Shown: piece after piece, positions 54,029 through 62,545 of the stretch
Layout of the letters: each line of letters starts with the position of its first letter
How positions within the stretch are numbered: position 1 is the stretch's first letter
Assembly: GCA_965372365.1 (NCBI GenBank)
Contig: CBDVCA010000002.1
Span: 936-64,935 of the forward strand
From: an uncultured bacterium
GTDB taxonomy: Bacteria; Planctomycetota; Phycisphaerae; SM23-33; FEN-1343
Reading direction: 5' to 3'
Length of the DNA: 64,000 nucleotides
The notes under the pieces: model-generated
Told to the model about the DNA's origin: nothing
Database searches by the model: none
Seen by the model: the letters and a program-made list of their open reading frames with translations, nothing else
Program-made: the position numbers and the translations under genes

Positions 54029-55611
54029 TGGCCGGCCTCGGATCGACCGGCCTGGCGGGGCGTCTTGCGATGAAAAGCGCTGGTCGGGCACAGATCGGCG
54101 TAGGCGGGGCCGTCCTCGCCGAGGGCGTCGGCGATGGGCCCTTCGTAGGGGCCGCTGACGCGTGCGGCGAACCCGCGTCCGACGTAGGTGAGAGCGTCCG
54201 GGCCGTCTGAGGATTCGGACTTTGCGACGCAGGCGCCGCAGAGGATGCACTTGTGGGGCTCGTAGGCTACCAGCGGGTGCGAGGCGTCCCGGTCGAGATG
54301 TCGGCGCTCGCCGACGTAATGGCTGCGGCTGGCGTCCAAGTCGGTGGCCAATCGTCGCAGCTTGCACAGGTCGTTATCGCGGCAGCCGCAGATGAGGCAG
54401 CGGCCGGCTTGGGCGACGGCCGACGTGTCGTCATCGACCGGCCCGGGCTCGGGTGCGTTGTGGGTCGGGCGCGACCAGAGCACATCCTGCTCGTCGTCGT
54501 CCAAGGACCCGTAACGGAGGGCGATGGGTTTTTGGGGCGTGATATCGCTTTCCCCGTTGATGTAGCGATGGATCGATTCGGCCGCGGCCAGTCCGTCGGC
54601 GACGACGCGGACCGCCAGGCCCTTTCGCCCGGCGCACGCTCCGGCGGCGAAGATGCCCGGTACAGTCGTGGCGTGCGTGGCGCGGTCGATGGTGATGACG
54701 CCGTCGGTCCAAACGATCCCCGCGGCCGTCAGGCCGTCGAGGTCGGCCTCGGCTCCGACGGTCAGCAGCAGGGCGTCATGGGTTGCGGCCAACTCGGTGA
54801 TCGATCCTTCATCCCTGATCGGCACGTTATATGCGAAGGCGACGCCCGCGGCTTCGACGGCGGCGATGTCGGCGGCTAAGACGTTAGGGGGTAATTCCGA
54901 TGCGTCGAGGGCTCGCAAAGATCCCCCTGACGCCTCGGCGGCTTCGTGGACGGTGACGGCGTATCCCAGATTCGCCAGTTTGTAAGCGGCCGCGAGGCCG
55001 GCGGGACCGGAGCCGATAATGGCGATGCGGCCGGAAGGTTCTTTGGCCCCTTCGCCGCTGACGGGGGCGGACGGGGCGATGACGCCTTCGGCGCCGGCGG
55101 CGTAGCGGTGCAGGTCGCGGATCGCCACGGTCTGGTCGCGGTCGTTGCGGCGGCAGGCTTTCTGGCAGGGGGCGGTGCAGATGCAGCCCAAAACGCCGGG
55201 GAGTACGAGCCCGGCCCGGGCGATCGCGGCGGCGGCCGGGAGGTCGCCCTGCTGAAGGGCTTCCATGAAGCCGGGGACATTCCACGTGGCCGGGCAGGCC
55301 AGTTCGCAGGGGGCCAGGCATTCGCCGAGGTGATCGGACAGCAGCAATTCCAACGCCGATTTGCGGGCCGCCTTCACTTCCTCCGAATCGGTCACCACCT
55401 CCATGCCCTCATGCACCGGCATGGCGCAGGAGGGTACGAACTTCTTGTGCCCGGCGATATGCACCGCACAGACGAAGCACGACTCCAGCGGCTTCATCCC
55501 CGGCGCGTAGCAAAGCGTGGGGATGTTGATTCCCAACTTCTCAGCCGCGGCCAGAATCGTGGTCCCGGCGGGAACCTCGACCTCTCGTTTGTCGATCGTC
55601 AGTTTGGGCAT
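54025..55611 (-). CDS. Iron-sulfur flavoprotein: N-terminal NuoG-type [2Fe-2S] ferredoxin domain fused to a GltD-like (glutamate synthase small-subunit family) FAD/NAD(P)-binding oxidoreductase, with extra C-terminal Cys clusters
   Basis: MPKLTIDKREVEVPAGTTILAAAEKLGINIPTLCYAP ... CFVCAV resembles the NuoG N-terminus. CLAPCELACPATWNVPGFM resembles the GltD Fe-S motif. RIAIIGSGPAGLAAAYKLANLGYAVTVHE is a dinucleotide-binding fold. CLICGCRDNDLCK and HKCILCGACV are C-terminal clusters. Confidence 0.75.
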   Translation of the reverse strand: MPKLTIDKREVEVPAGTTILAAAEKLGINIPTLCYAPGMKPLESCFVCAVHIAGHKKFVPSCAMPVHEGMEVVTDSEEVKAARKSALELLLSDHLGECLAPCELACPATWNVPGFMEALQQGDLPAAAAIARAGLVLPGVLGCICTAPCQKACRRNDRDQTVAIRDLHRYAAGAEGVIAPSAPVSGEGAKEPSGRIAIIGSGPAGLAAAYKLANLGYAVTVHEAAEASGGSLRALDASELPPNVLAADIAAVEAAGVAFAYNVPIRDEGSITELAATHDALLLTVGAEADLDGLTAAGIVWTDGVITIDRATHATTVPGIFAAGACAGRKGLAVRVVADGLAAAESIHRYINGESDITPQKPIALRYGSLDDDEQDVLWSRPTHNAPEPGPVDDDTSAVAQAGRCLICGCRDNDLCKLRRLATDLDASRSHYVGERRHLDRDASHPLVAYEPHKCILCGACVAKSESSDGPDALTYVGRGFAARVSGPYEGPIADALGEDGPAYADLCPTSAFHRKTPRQAGRSEAGQ

Positions 55612-55649
55612 CAGTCACCGTGCTCGATCATCATAGGCCGTTCGTTTTT

Positions 55650-55675
55650 CAATCCGCAATCCGCAATCCGCAATC
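55650..55675. repeat. Heptanucleotide tandem repeat (CAATCCG)x3.7 in the 67-bp spacer between the NuoF-like and GltD-like genes
   Basis: The run caatccgcaatccgcaatccgcaatc is read directly from the sequence. It begins 3 nt past the NuoF-like stop codon. Confidence 0.85.
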
Positions 55676-55678
55676 AAG

Positions 55679-57505
55679 TCATTCCCACCGTATGGCGTCG
55701 ACCGGACAGACCGGCACGCACATGTGGCATCGGGTGCATTTGTTCATATCGATCATGTGCTTCTCATAGGGCGTCTCGGCGATCGCATCGGCCGGGCACG
55801 CTTTCGCACAGCGTGTGCAGCCGATGCAATCGTCGGTGACGCTGTAGTGGATCAGCGCCTCGCACTTGCCGGCGGGGCAGCGGCCGGCGATGTGGGCCTC
55901 GTATTCCTGGCGGAAGTACTTCAGCGTCGTCAGCACCGGATTGGGCGCGGTTTGCCCGAGGCCGCACAGGCTGGTGGTGCGGATTTGCAGCGCGAGCCGT
56001 TCCAGGGTGTCGAGGTCGGCGGTCTCGCCTTGGCCGTTGCACAAGCGGTTGAGAATCTCCAGCATTCGCTTGGTGCCGATCCGGCAGAAGGTGCATTTGC
56101 CGCAGGATTCGTTCTGCGTGAACTGGAGGAAATAGCGGGCGATGTCGACCATGCAGTCGGAATCGTCGAGTACGACAAGGCCCCCCGAGCCCATCATGGC
56201 GCCGATGCCGATCAGGGCCTCGTAATCGACGGCGGTGTCGGCGTGCTCGGCGGGGATGCATCCGCCGGAGGGTCCGCCGATTTGCACGGCCTTGAACTGG
56301 CGACCGTTCTTGATGCCGCCGCCGAGGCCCATGACGATCTGGCGGATGGTCATGCCCATGGGGATTTCGATGAGTCCGCCGCGAGCGACTTTTCCGGCCA
56401 GGGCGAAGACCTTGGTGCCGGGGCTCGACTCGGTGCCGAGTTTGACGTACTTGTCGGCCCCATGGCGGATAATCCACGGCACGGCCGCGTAGGTTTCGAC
56501 GTTCGAGACCAATGTAGGCTTGCCCCACAGCCCGCTCTCTGCCGGATACGGCGGTCGCAGCCGCGGGGTTCCTCGCTTGCCTTCGACCGACGCGATGAGT
56601 GCGGTTTCTTCGCCGCAGACGAAGGCGCCTGCCCCCTGTTTGATCTGCACATCGAGGTCGAAACCGCTGTCGAAAACATTATCGCCAAGCACGCCGGCGG
56701 CTTTCGCCTGGTCGATGGCTTCGCTGATGTGCTGGACGGCCAGGGGGTATTCCTGGCGAATGTACAGGAACGCCTGGTGAGCGCCCACGGCCCGGGCGGC
56801 GATCGCGATGCCTTCGAGAATGCGGTGGGGGTAGGCCTCCAGCAGCATGCGGTCCATGAAGGCTCCGGGGTCGCCCTCGTCGCCGTTGCAGATGAGGTAC
56901 TTCACGTCCTCGGCTTGCCGCGATACGAGGTCCCACTTGAGCCCCGTGGAGAAGCCCGCTCCCCCGCGGCCGCGAAGGCCGGAATCGTGAACCTGCTGGA
57001 TCAGTTGCTCCGGCGTCAACTCGCCGACGGCTTTGGCCAGGGCCTCGTAGCCGCCGCGTTGGCGGTACTCGTCGATGCTGGTCGGGTCCATCCGCCCGTA
57101 GTCGGCGGTGGCGATGTGGACCTGCGGGTCGAGAAAGTCGCCGGCCGCCTGGCTTGCCGGGTCGATGCGGTATTGTTCGGCGTCTTCCCACGCTTCGTCG
57201 CGTGTGAGCTTTCGCCACACCGAGCGCACGGCCGCGGCGGGGCTGGTCTGCGGTACGTGCCGGCCGAGGATGGCGCTGACGGCCCCGGGGGTGACGTTGC
57301 CGTACAGGGTCGTGGCGCCGTCGGGGTCGGTTACTTCCAGCAGCGGCACCCTGTGGCACATGCCGACGCACCCGCCTTCGCGAACGTCGACGGCGTTGCC
57401 GAGCCGCTTCACTTCGTCCATCAGCGCCCGGTAGACGTCGGCGCTGCCGGAGGCTTGGCAGCAGGAGCCCAGGCCGATGCGGATTTCGGTGGTCCCGGCG
57501 GTCAT
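55679..57505 (-). CDS. NuoF-like NAD(P)H-binding FMN flavoprotein (HoxF/HndC-type) with N-terminal thioredoxin-like [2Fe-2S] domain and C-terminal 2x[4Fe-4S] ferredoxin domain
   Basis: GSCCQASGSA...CVGMCH is a [2Fe-2S] motif. GRGGAGFSTGLKW and ICNGDEGDPGAF are NAD/FMN-site motifs. ESCGKCTFCR is the NuoF [4Fe-4S]. C-terminal CIGCTRCAKACP and CTRCHMCVPVCP. A strong SD (GAGGAGGAGG) lies 5 nt upstream. ATG 57505 overlaps the TGA stop of the upstream gene (ATGA). Confidence 0.85.
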   Translation of the reverse strand: MTAGTTEIRIGLGSCCQASGSADVYRALMDEVKRLGNAVDVREGGCVGMCHRVPLLEVTDPDGATTLYGNVTPGAVSAILGRHVPQTSPAAAVRSVWRKLTRDEAWEDAEQYRIDPASQAAGDFLDPQVHIATADYGRMDPTSIDEYRQRGGYEALAKAVGELTPEQLIQQVHDSGLRGRGGAGFSTGLKWDLVSRQAEDVKYLICNGDEGDPGAFMDRMLLEAYPHRILEGIAIAARAVGAHQAFLYIRQEYPLAVQHISEAIDQAKAAGVLGDNVFDSGFDLDVQIKQGAGAFVCGEETALIASVEGKRGTPRLRPPYPAESGLWGKPTLVSNVETYAAVPWIIRHGADKYVKLGTESSPGTKVFALAGKVARGGLIEIPMGMTIRQIVMGLGGGIKNGRQFKAVQIGGPSGGCIPAEHADTAVDYEALIGIGAMMGSGGLVVLDDSDCMVDIARYFLQFTQNESCGKCTFCRIGTKRMLEILNRLCNGQGETADLDTLERLALQIRTTSLCGLGQTAPNPVLTTLKYFRQEYEAHIAGRCPAGKCEALIHYSVTDDCIGCTRCAKACPADAIAETPYEKHMIDMNKCTRCHMCVPVCPVDAIRWE

Positions 57506-59199
57506 GACGCCTCCTCCTCACCGACGGTCGCGGCGGAGTTGGCGTCGTCCAGCGGTCCGATCATCGGCGACGCGGCGGCCGCGTCGACCTTGCCTTCGGC
57601 GACGTTTGTGATAGCCTTTCGGGCGGTTTCGCCGGAGAGATGCCCGTAGGTAACCCCGTCAATCTGCATGCACGGGGCGAGGGAGCAGCAGCCGAGGCAG
57701 GCGACCGATTCGACGGTGAACTTGCGATCGGCGTCGGTGTCGGCGTCGCCTTCGAGGCCCAATTGCAGGCGAATCGCCTCGGTGATCCGCGGCGCCCCGG
57801 CCACGTGGCAGGCGGTGCCGTGGCAGACGCACACCAGATGCTCGCCGATGGGAGCCAAGCGGAACTGGTTGTAGAACGTGCTGATGCCCAGCAGTCGAGC
57901 CATCGGCAGACCGGTCAGCTCGCACACCTTCTCCAACGCCGGCCGCGGCAGGTAGCGGTGCTTGGTTTGGATCTGCTGCAACAAGGGCAACGCGGCCTGC
58001 AGGTCGGTTCCGAAATGATCGACCAACGTGGCGACATACGATACGTCGATCTCTTCGTCTTCGCCGACGATCCGCTTGACCGCGACCGACCCTCGCATGG
58101 CGGGGGCGGGCTCCATCGTTTCGACCGGGGGGGGGATGTACGTGGGTTCGGCCGGAGGCAGGCCGAGCCGCTCCAGCTCCAACGGGCAACTCTTGTAGCA
58201 TCGCGCACACGCCAAGCACGAATGGCTCTGGGATGCGTGCTCTTCGATCGCCCCGAACGGGCAGGCGTCGTTACACAGTTCGCAGTCGCAGCACTCCTCG
58301 GGCATCACCGTGACGGTTCGCTTGGCGACTCGCGAGCAGGCGCCGAGGATGGCGCCGTAGGGGCAAATCCACCGGCAGTAGGGCCGGCCGACGAACATGG
58401 CGACCGCCAGCAGTCCGCCGGTGACGATCCACATCCACCCGACCCCGGTCACCTCGAACACGCCGGCGAAGTCGCCGGCGAGAGCCGCCCGAAGGTTGAT
58501 GGCCCGGAACAGACCCACGAACGGGTCGAATCGGCAGATGATGAAGTCCGGATCGACGGCCAGGTTCCACCGGCCGAACAGCACCACACCCACGCCCCCG
58601 ACGGAGAAGTAGATCGCCATCGCGAGGTAGCCCCATCGCAGATACCGCAGGGGCTTGTCGATCCACAACGGAACCTGAATCTTGACCCGCAGCAATAGAT
58701 CTTGCACCACGCCGAACGGGCAAACGCCTCCGCAGAAGACGCGGCCGACCAGCAGCGCCGCCAAGATCGGCAGCAGGAAGATCAGCGTGACGACGATCGA
58801 GATCGTGTAGCTCGGGTCGGCCAGCGAGAGGGCGACGTTCTGGATCGACCCGATCGGGCAGACGCACCCGCTGCGGTAGAAGCCAAGGTACAGCAGGCTC
58901 GCGGCCATCAGGGCGATGAGCCACCTGCGGCTGCGTTTAGCCAGGATGATCCACGCCGCCATCGCCAACGCCGCGGCGTACGCGACGACGTCGACCACTC
59001 GCATGGCCTGGGAGCGGGGCTCGGGGTAGGTCGGCGTCGGCTTGGTTCCGACCTCGGCCTCACTGGGCGCCGGCTGGGCGTACCCGACTTCGCCTGCGGG
59101 GGCGAGTAGGAATGCATCGCCGCCGGTGTCGTCATCCCGGGCCGCGGCCAGGGTCGCCAAACAGAGGATCGCCACGCCGGTCAGCCCTGTCGCGAGCAT
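57502..59199 (-). CDS. Fusion protein: NapH/MauN-like integral-membrane polyferredoxin (N-terminal ~400 aa) + NuoE/HoxE-like thioredoxin-fold [2Fe-2S] ferredoxin (C-terminal ~170 aa)
   Basis: Membrane part has the NapH hallmark intramembrane motifs CVCPIGS and CGGVCPFG, plus two cytoplasmic 4Fe-4S motifs (CCDCELCNDACP and CLACARCYKSCP). C-terminal CVCHGTACHVAG ... CLGCCSLAPCM is the NuoE [2Fe-2S] signature. The ORF extends to 59436 but overlaps the upstream gene by 220 nt. ATG 59199 (MLATGLTGVAILCL) is the preferred start. Confidence 0.7.
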   Translation of the reverse strand: MLATGLTGVAILCLATLAAARDDDTGGDAFLLAPAGEVGYAQPAPSEAEVGTKPTPTYPEPRSQAMRVVDVVAYAAALAMAAWIILAKRSRRWLIALMAASLLYLGFYRSGCVCPIGSIQNVALSLADPSYTISIVVTLIFLLPILAALLVGRVFCGGVCPFGVVQDLLLRVKIQVPLWIDKPLRYLRWGYLAMAIYFSVGGVGVVLFGRWNLAVDPDFIICRFDPFVGLFRAINLRAALAGDFAGVFEVTGVGWMWIVTGGLLAVAMFVGRPYCRWICPYGAILGACSRVAKRTVTVMPEECCDCELCNDACPFGAIEEHASQSHSCLACARCYKSCPLELERLGLPPAEPTYIPPPVETMEPAPAMRGSVAVKRIVGEDEEIDVSYVATLVDHFGTDLQAALPLLQQIQTKHRYLPRPALEKVCELTGLPMARLLGISTFYNQFRLAPIGEHLVCVCHGTACHVAGAPRITEAIRLQLGLEGDADTDADRKFTVESVACLGCCSLAPCMQIDGVTYGHLSGETARKAITNVAEGKVDAAAASPMIGPLDDANSAATVGEEEAS

Positions 59200-59216
59200 C
59201 GCCGAGCGGAGGCGGT

Positions 59217-59927
59217 TCACGACTGGCCCCCTCCGTTGGCGGGCTTGCCCGGGGGTGGTGTGTAGCCGGGACGTTTGGATCGGACCGAGCCTCGATAGTA
59301 GGCTTTGGGGGGGCAACTGGGGGCGATGGCGCACTGGTTGCAGTCGAGGCACAGGTTGTGCCGCACTTGGAGGCGAAGCGAGGCGTTGCCCATCGGCGGT
59401 TTGCACGCCTCGACGCACAGGCCGCAGCCGTTGCACTTGGCTTCGTCGATGGTGTACTCGAAGAAGTTGTTGTACGGGTCGCCGAGGTCGACTTCACCTA
59501 CGACGCGTCGGGCGATGGCGTCCTGGGGGCAGACTAACTTGCTATGCGTGCCCTCGCGGCTTGTGCCGTCGGGGTAGGGGCCGAGGGTCTCGGCTTCCTC
59601 GTACGAATACACGTCGCTGTTGACGTCGAAATAGGCCGGGCAGATGAAGCAGTATCCGCAGACGTTGAAATCGTTGACGACCTTCACGGCCGAGTTGGGC
59701 AAGACGCATTCGGTCGCGCAGCGGCCCCAGCCCTGATCGTTCCGGTAGCTCTTGCACGTCGTGCAGGTGTTCGGGTCCAGTTGCCACACCTTGTCGGCGT
59801 CGGCCCGTACGGTGAGCCCGGCCGCGACCGATCCGGCGGCCACGATGCCGGCTCCGCGAGCGCAGTTCTTCAAGAAGTCGCGTCGCGTTGGTTTCTTAGG
59901 GTCACTCATCGCTATCTCCGCTCTCAA
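59217..59927 (-). CDS. Tat-exported poly-[4Fe-4S] ferredoxin, NapG/MauM-like
   Basis: Canonical twin-arginine motif TRRDFLKNCARGAGIVAAGSVAAG. Cys clusters CGYCFICP, CNGCGLCVEACKP and CLDCNQCAIAPSCPP. Confidence 0.75.
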   Translation of the reverse strand: MRAEIAMSDPKKPTRRDFLKNCARGAGIVAAGSVAAGLTVRADADKVWQLDPNTCTTCKSYRNDQGWGRCATECVLPNSAVKVVNDFNVCGYCFICPAYFDVNSDVYSYEEAETLGPYPDGTSREGTHSKLVCPQDAIARRVVGEVDLGDPYNNFFEYTIDEAKCNGCGLCVEACKPPMGNASLRLQVRHNLCLDCNQCAIAPSCPPKAYYRGSVRSKRPGYTPPPGKPANGGGQS

Positions 59928-60003
59928 AGCGAATCGTAAGTATACCAGAACCCGCCGTCTGAAGGTATCCCCGAAGCCGGTTTTCAGACCCGGTCGTTCA
60001 GCG

Positions 60004-60987
60004 TCAATGGGTCGGTTTGAACAGTCGCACGCGGCCGCCGGCGGTGTCGGCGACGTAGATGCGGCCGCCGGCGTCGACGGCTACGTCCATCTGCGTATTC
60101 TCCGGGCTGAAATGCGACGGGTCGATGACGGCCAGCAGCGAGCCGTCGGCGTCAAAAACCTTCACGCAGGCCGGGGCCTTTTGAGCGGCGACCACGACGC
60201 CGTCGTCGGCGATGGCGAGGTTGATGGGGTTGCAGCAGCCGGGGAACAGGGCCCGGTCGGTCGCGCCGTATCCGCCGAACGATGCGATCCGGGCGCCGTG
60301 GCGATCGTACGTTTCGATTGTGTGTGGGCCGGAGTGGGTGACCAGGACCCGCCCGGCGCCGTCGAGGGCGACGTCGAGGGAGTTGTTCGGCAGGCGGAAG
60401 CGTCTGGTGGGGGGGGTGTCGGGGACGATGTCGCCGATGTGGACGCCGCCAGTGTCGAAGACCCGCACGACCCCGGCGTCGGCGTCGGCGACCAGCACGC
60501 CGTTGGCGTCGGCGGCCAAGCCGGTTACACGCCCCAGCACCCCGTCGCCGATCACGCCGGACGATTCGCCTTCGGAGGTGTACTTGTCGACTCGCCCGGT
60601 GTGACCCACGTAGACATTGCCGCCGGCGTCAACGGCGATCGCCGTCGGGGCCTCGGGCAGATCCCACCCGCCCACGCGTGCGGCGCAATGATCGAAGACG
60701 ACCACCCGCCGGTCGCCCGCGGCGTACAGCCTGTTATCCGCCCCGACCGCTACGCCGACTGCACGCTCTCGGAAGAGGCGATCCCCGCCAATGACGCCCG
60801 CCGGTGCGTACCTTCGGGGCAGGCCGGTCGCCATGGCTGACGGCGCGGGGGGTTTCTGAGCCGGAGGGTTGACCGTATCGACCGGCCGGGTACGCCTGAC
60901 GGCCGCCCAAATCGAAAGGACGACGATCAGCGTTGTCATCGCCGCAGTAACCATTGTAGTGTGCCGCGTGCGGCTGGTATTTCCCAT
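60004..60987 (-). CDS. NHL-repeat beta-propeller protein with N-terminal signal-anchor
   Basis: Repeated ~40-aa units with (V/I)AxDxxGxxYVxD-type motifs (AVDAGGNVYVGHTGRV, ADANGVLVADADAGVVRVFD, VALDGAGRVLVTH, VAVDAGGRIYVADTAGGRVRLF). Hydrophobic N-terminus MVTAAMTTLIVVLSIWAAV. Confidence 0.7.
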   Translation of the reverse strand: MGNTSRTRHTTMVTAAMTTLIVVLSIWAAVRRTRPVDTVNPPAQKPPAPSAMATGLPRRYAPAGVIGGDRLFRERAVGVAVGADNRLYAAGDRRVVVFDHCAARVGGWDLPEAPTAIAVDAGGNVYVGHTGRVDKYTSEGESSGVIGDGVLGRVTGLAADANGVLVADADAGVVRVFDTGGVHIGDIVPDTPPTRRFRLPNNSLDVALDGAGRVLVTHSGPHTIETYDRHGARIASFGGYGATDRALFPGCCNPINLAIADDGVVVAAQKAPACVKVFDADGSLLAVIDPSHFSPENTQMDVAVDAGGRIYVADTAGGRVRLFKPTH

Positions 60988-61015
60988 CGCAATGATCCTT
61001 CTCTGTCGCTGTGCG

Positions 61016-62509
61016 TTATTGAGGCGCCGCCACCTCGATGCAGACCATCTTGCCCATATCCCGCAGGATGAGCTTGCCGCCGGCGTAGGCCATCGGCGCC
61101 CAGACGTCGTGGCCGCTCAGGACGGCCGCGGCCGCCTTCTGCCTATATCCCCCGGTGTCGGCGGCGATCATCCGCAGCGTTCCGGAGTCGCCGTCGAGGG
61201 CGAAGAGGGTTTCGTCGCCGATGAGCATCCAGTTACCCAGCCCGAAGGTTGCGTCGGGATGCCGCCACGCGACCTCGCCGTCGAGGCCCAGGCAGGCGAA
61301 TTGGCCCTTCTTGCTCGCGGCGTGATCGACGCCGAAGAGATGATTCCGGTACAGTACGGGCGTGTGGCAGTCGAAGTTGAACTGCTCGGGCGTCAGCGTG
61401 TAGGCTGTCTCGGCGGTGAAGACCCCGGCGTCGTCGGCGCTGACGGTGAGCATGACCGATCCGGCCTTGTAGCCGGCCGACATGAAGATCCGGCCGTCGT
61501 CGATCACGATCGGCGAAGGCGCCACGGCGGTATTGGCTCGCCACGGGGAGACCGTCACGTTGGGCCTGTCGGCGGCGTAGGCTTTGATCTTGGCCGCGGA
61601 GGCTTCGCTGTTGGGGGTCCAGAGAACTTCCCACAGCAGTGTCCCGTCGGCGGCGTCGACGCCGACCATGCCTTGCAGCGTACACCAGACGTATTGACGT
61701 TTGCCGCCGATGACGCCGGGCATCACCGACGAATGGCTCAGTTTGTGCTTGGCCTCGTTGGGCGTGGTCCAAACCACTTCACCCGTCGCCAGGTCGAACG
61801 CGGCCATCAGAGCCTTGCGACCGCCGACGCCCACGATGATGCGGCCTTCGTCGAGCAAGGGGCATTGGCCGTTGTACCACGGGGGGTTGCGGGCGCCGTA
61901 CTCGGCGGTGATGTTCCTCGCCCACACCCGCTCGCCGGTGGCGGCGTTGAACCCGTGCAGCGTGGCCTTGGGGTCGAAGCTGACGACATGGGTTCCGTCG
62001 GTGGCCGGGACCGTTCGGGTGATCGCGTGGTTGGGGCGGATCGGTCGGCGGTACGACCATCGCCAGATCTCGGCGCCGTCGGCGAGCGAGACGCATCGCA
62101 TCATCCAGTGCTGTTGGGTGCGATCGTAATCGTTGAAGAACACGCGCCCGCCTTCGATAACGGCGCCGCTATAGCCCATGCAGAGGTCGTCGAGCGTCCA
62201 CAGCACCTTCGGCCCTTCGGCGGGCCAGGTGTCGTACAGGCCGGTCGCGTCGGTCGCCGGGACGATTCCATCGCGATGGGCGCCCCGGAACTGCGGCCAA
62301 CTGCCCGTGTCGGTCGAAGGCTCCCCTTCGCCCGGCGTGAGGACGCCGACGTCGAGACGGGTCACGTCGACCTTCTTGGCCGGCGCCCGGGTCGCGGCCG
62401 GTTGGGCGGCCGGTTGAGCGGGGGGCGGGTCTTTGGATTCGTCCCCGCCGCCGCAGCCGGTCAGCAGGAGGGTTGTCGCCAGGACGGCGGCCGGCAGTGC
62501 GTTCTTCAT
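61016..62509 (-). CDS. Lipoprotein with PQQ-like (BamB/YVTN-type) beta-propeller repeats
   Basis: Signal peptide plus lipobox MKNALPAAVLATTLLLTGC. SWPQFRGAHRDG motif typical of PQQ-like propeller proteins. Repeated W-containing beta-propeller blades (AEIWRW, ERVWAR, EVVWTT, TLLWEV, EVAWRH). Confidence 0.75.
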   Translation of the reverse strand: MKNALPAAVLATTLLLTGCGGGDESKDPPPAQPAAQPAATRAPAKKVDVTRLDVGVLTPGEGEPSTDTGSWPQFRGAHRDGIVPATDATGLYDTWPAEGPKVLWTLDDLCMGYSGAVIEGGRVFFNDYDRTQQHWMMRCVSLADGAEIWRWSYRRPIRPNHAITRTVPATDGTHVVSFDPKATLHGFNAATGERVWARNITAEYGARNPPWYNGQCPLLDEGRIIVGVGGRKALMAAFDLATGEVVWTTPNEAKHKLSHSSVMPGVIGGKRQYVWCTLQGMVGVDAADGTLLWEVLWTPNSEASAAKIKAYAADRPNVTVSPWRANTAVAPSPIVIDDGRIFMSAGYKAGSVMLTVSADDAGVFTAETAYTLTPEQFNFDCHTPVLYRNHLFGVDHAASKKGQFACLGLDGEVAWRHPDATFGLGNWMLIGDETLFALDGDSGTLRMIAADTGGYRQKAAAAVLSGHDVWAPMAYAGGKLILRDMGKMVCIEVAAPQ

Positions 62510-62545
62510 GGATGTTCCCGTGGGCGTATCGCCGAGGTTGTCAGG

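Noticed and set aside
59200-59436. Upstream extension of the NapH-like ORF to 59436
   Set aside because: It overlaps the NapG-like gene by 220 nt in another frame and is Arg/Pro/Gln-rich. ATG 59199 lies 18 nt after the NapG-like stop and begins a hydrophobic signal/TM segment.
54025-59927. Calling the redox cluster a NAD-reducing hydrogenase (Hox), formate dehydrogenase or Rnf operon
   Set aside because: No hydrogenase large or small subunit, molybdopterin catalytic subunit or Rnf membrane subunit is present in the window. The NapGH-like components do not belong to those systems. Left as an uncharacterised NAD(P)H-linked module.
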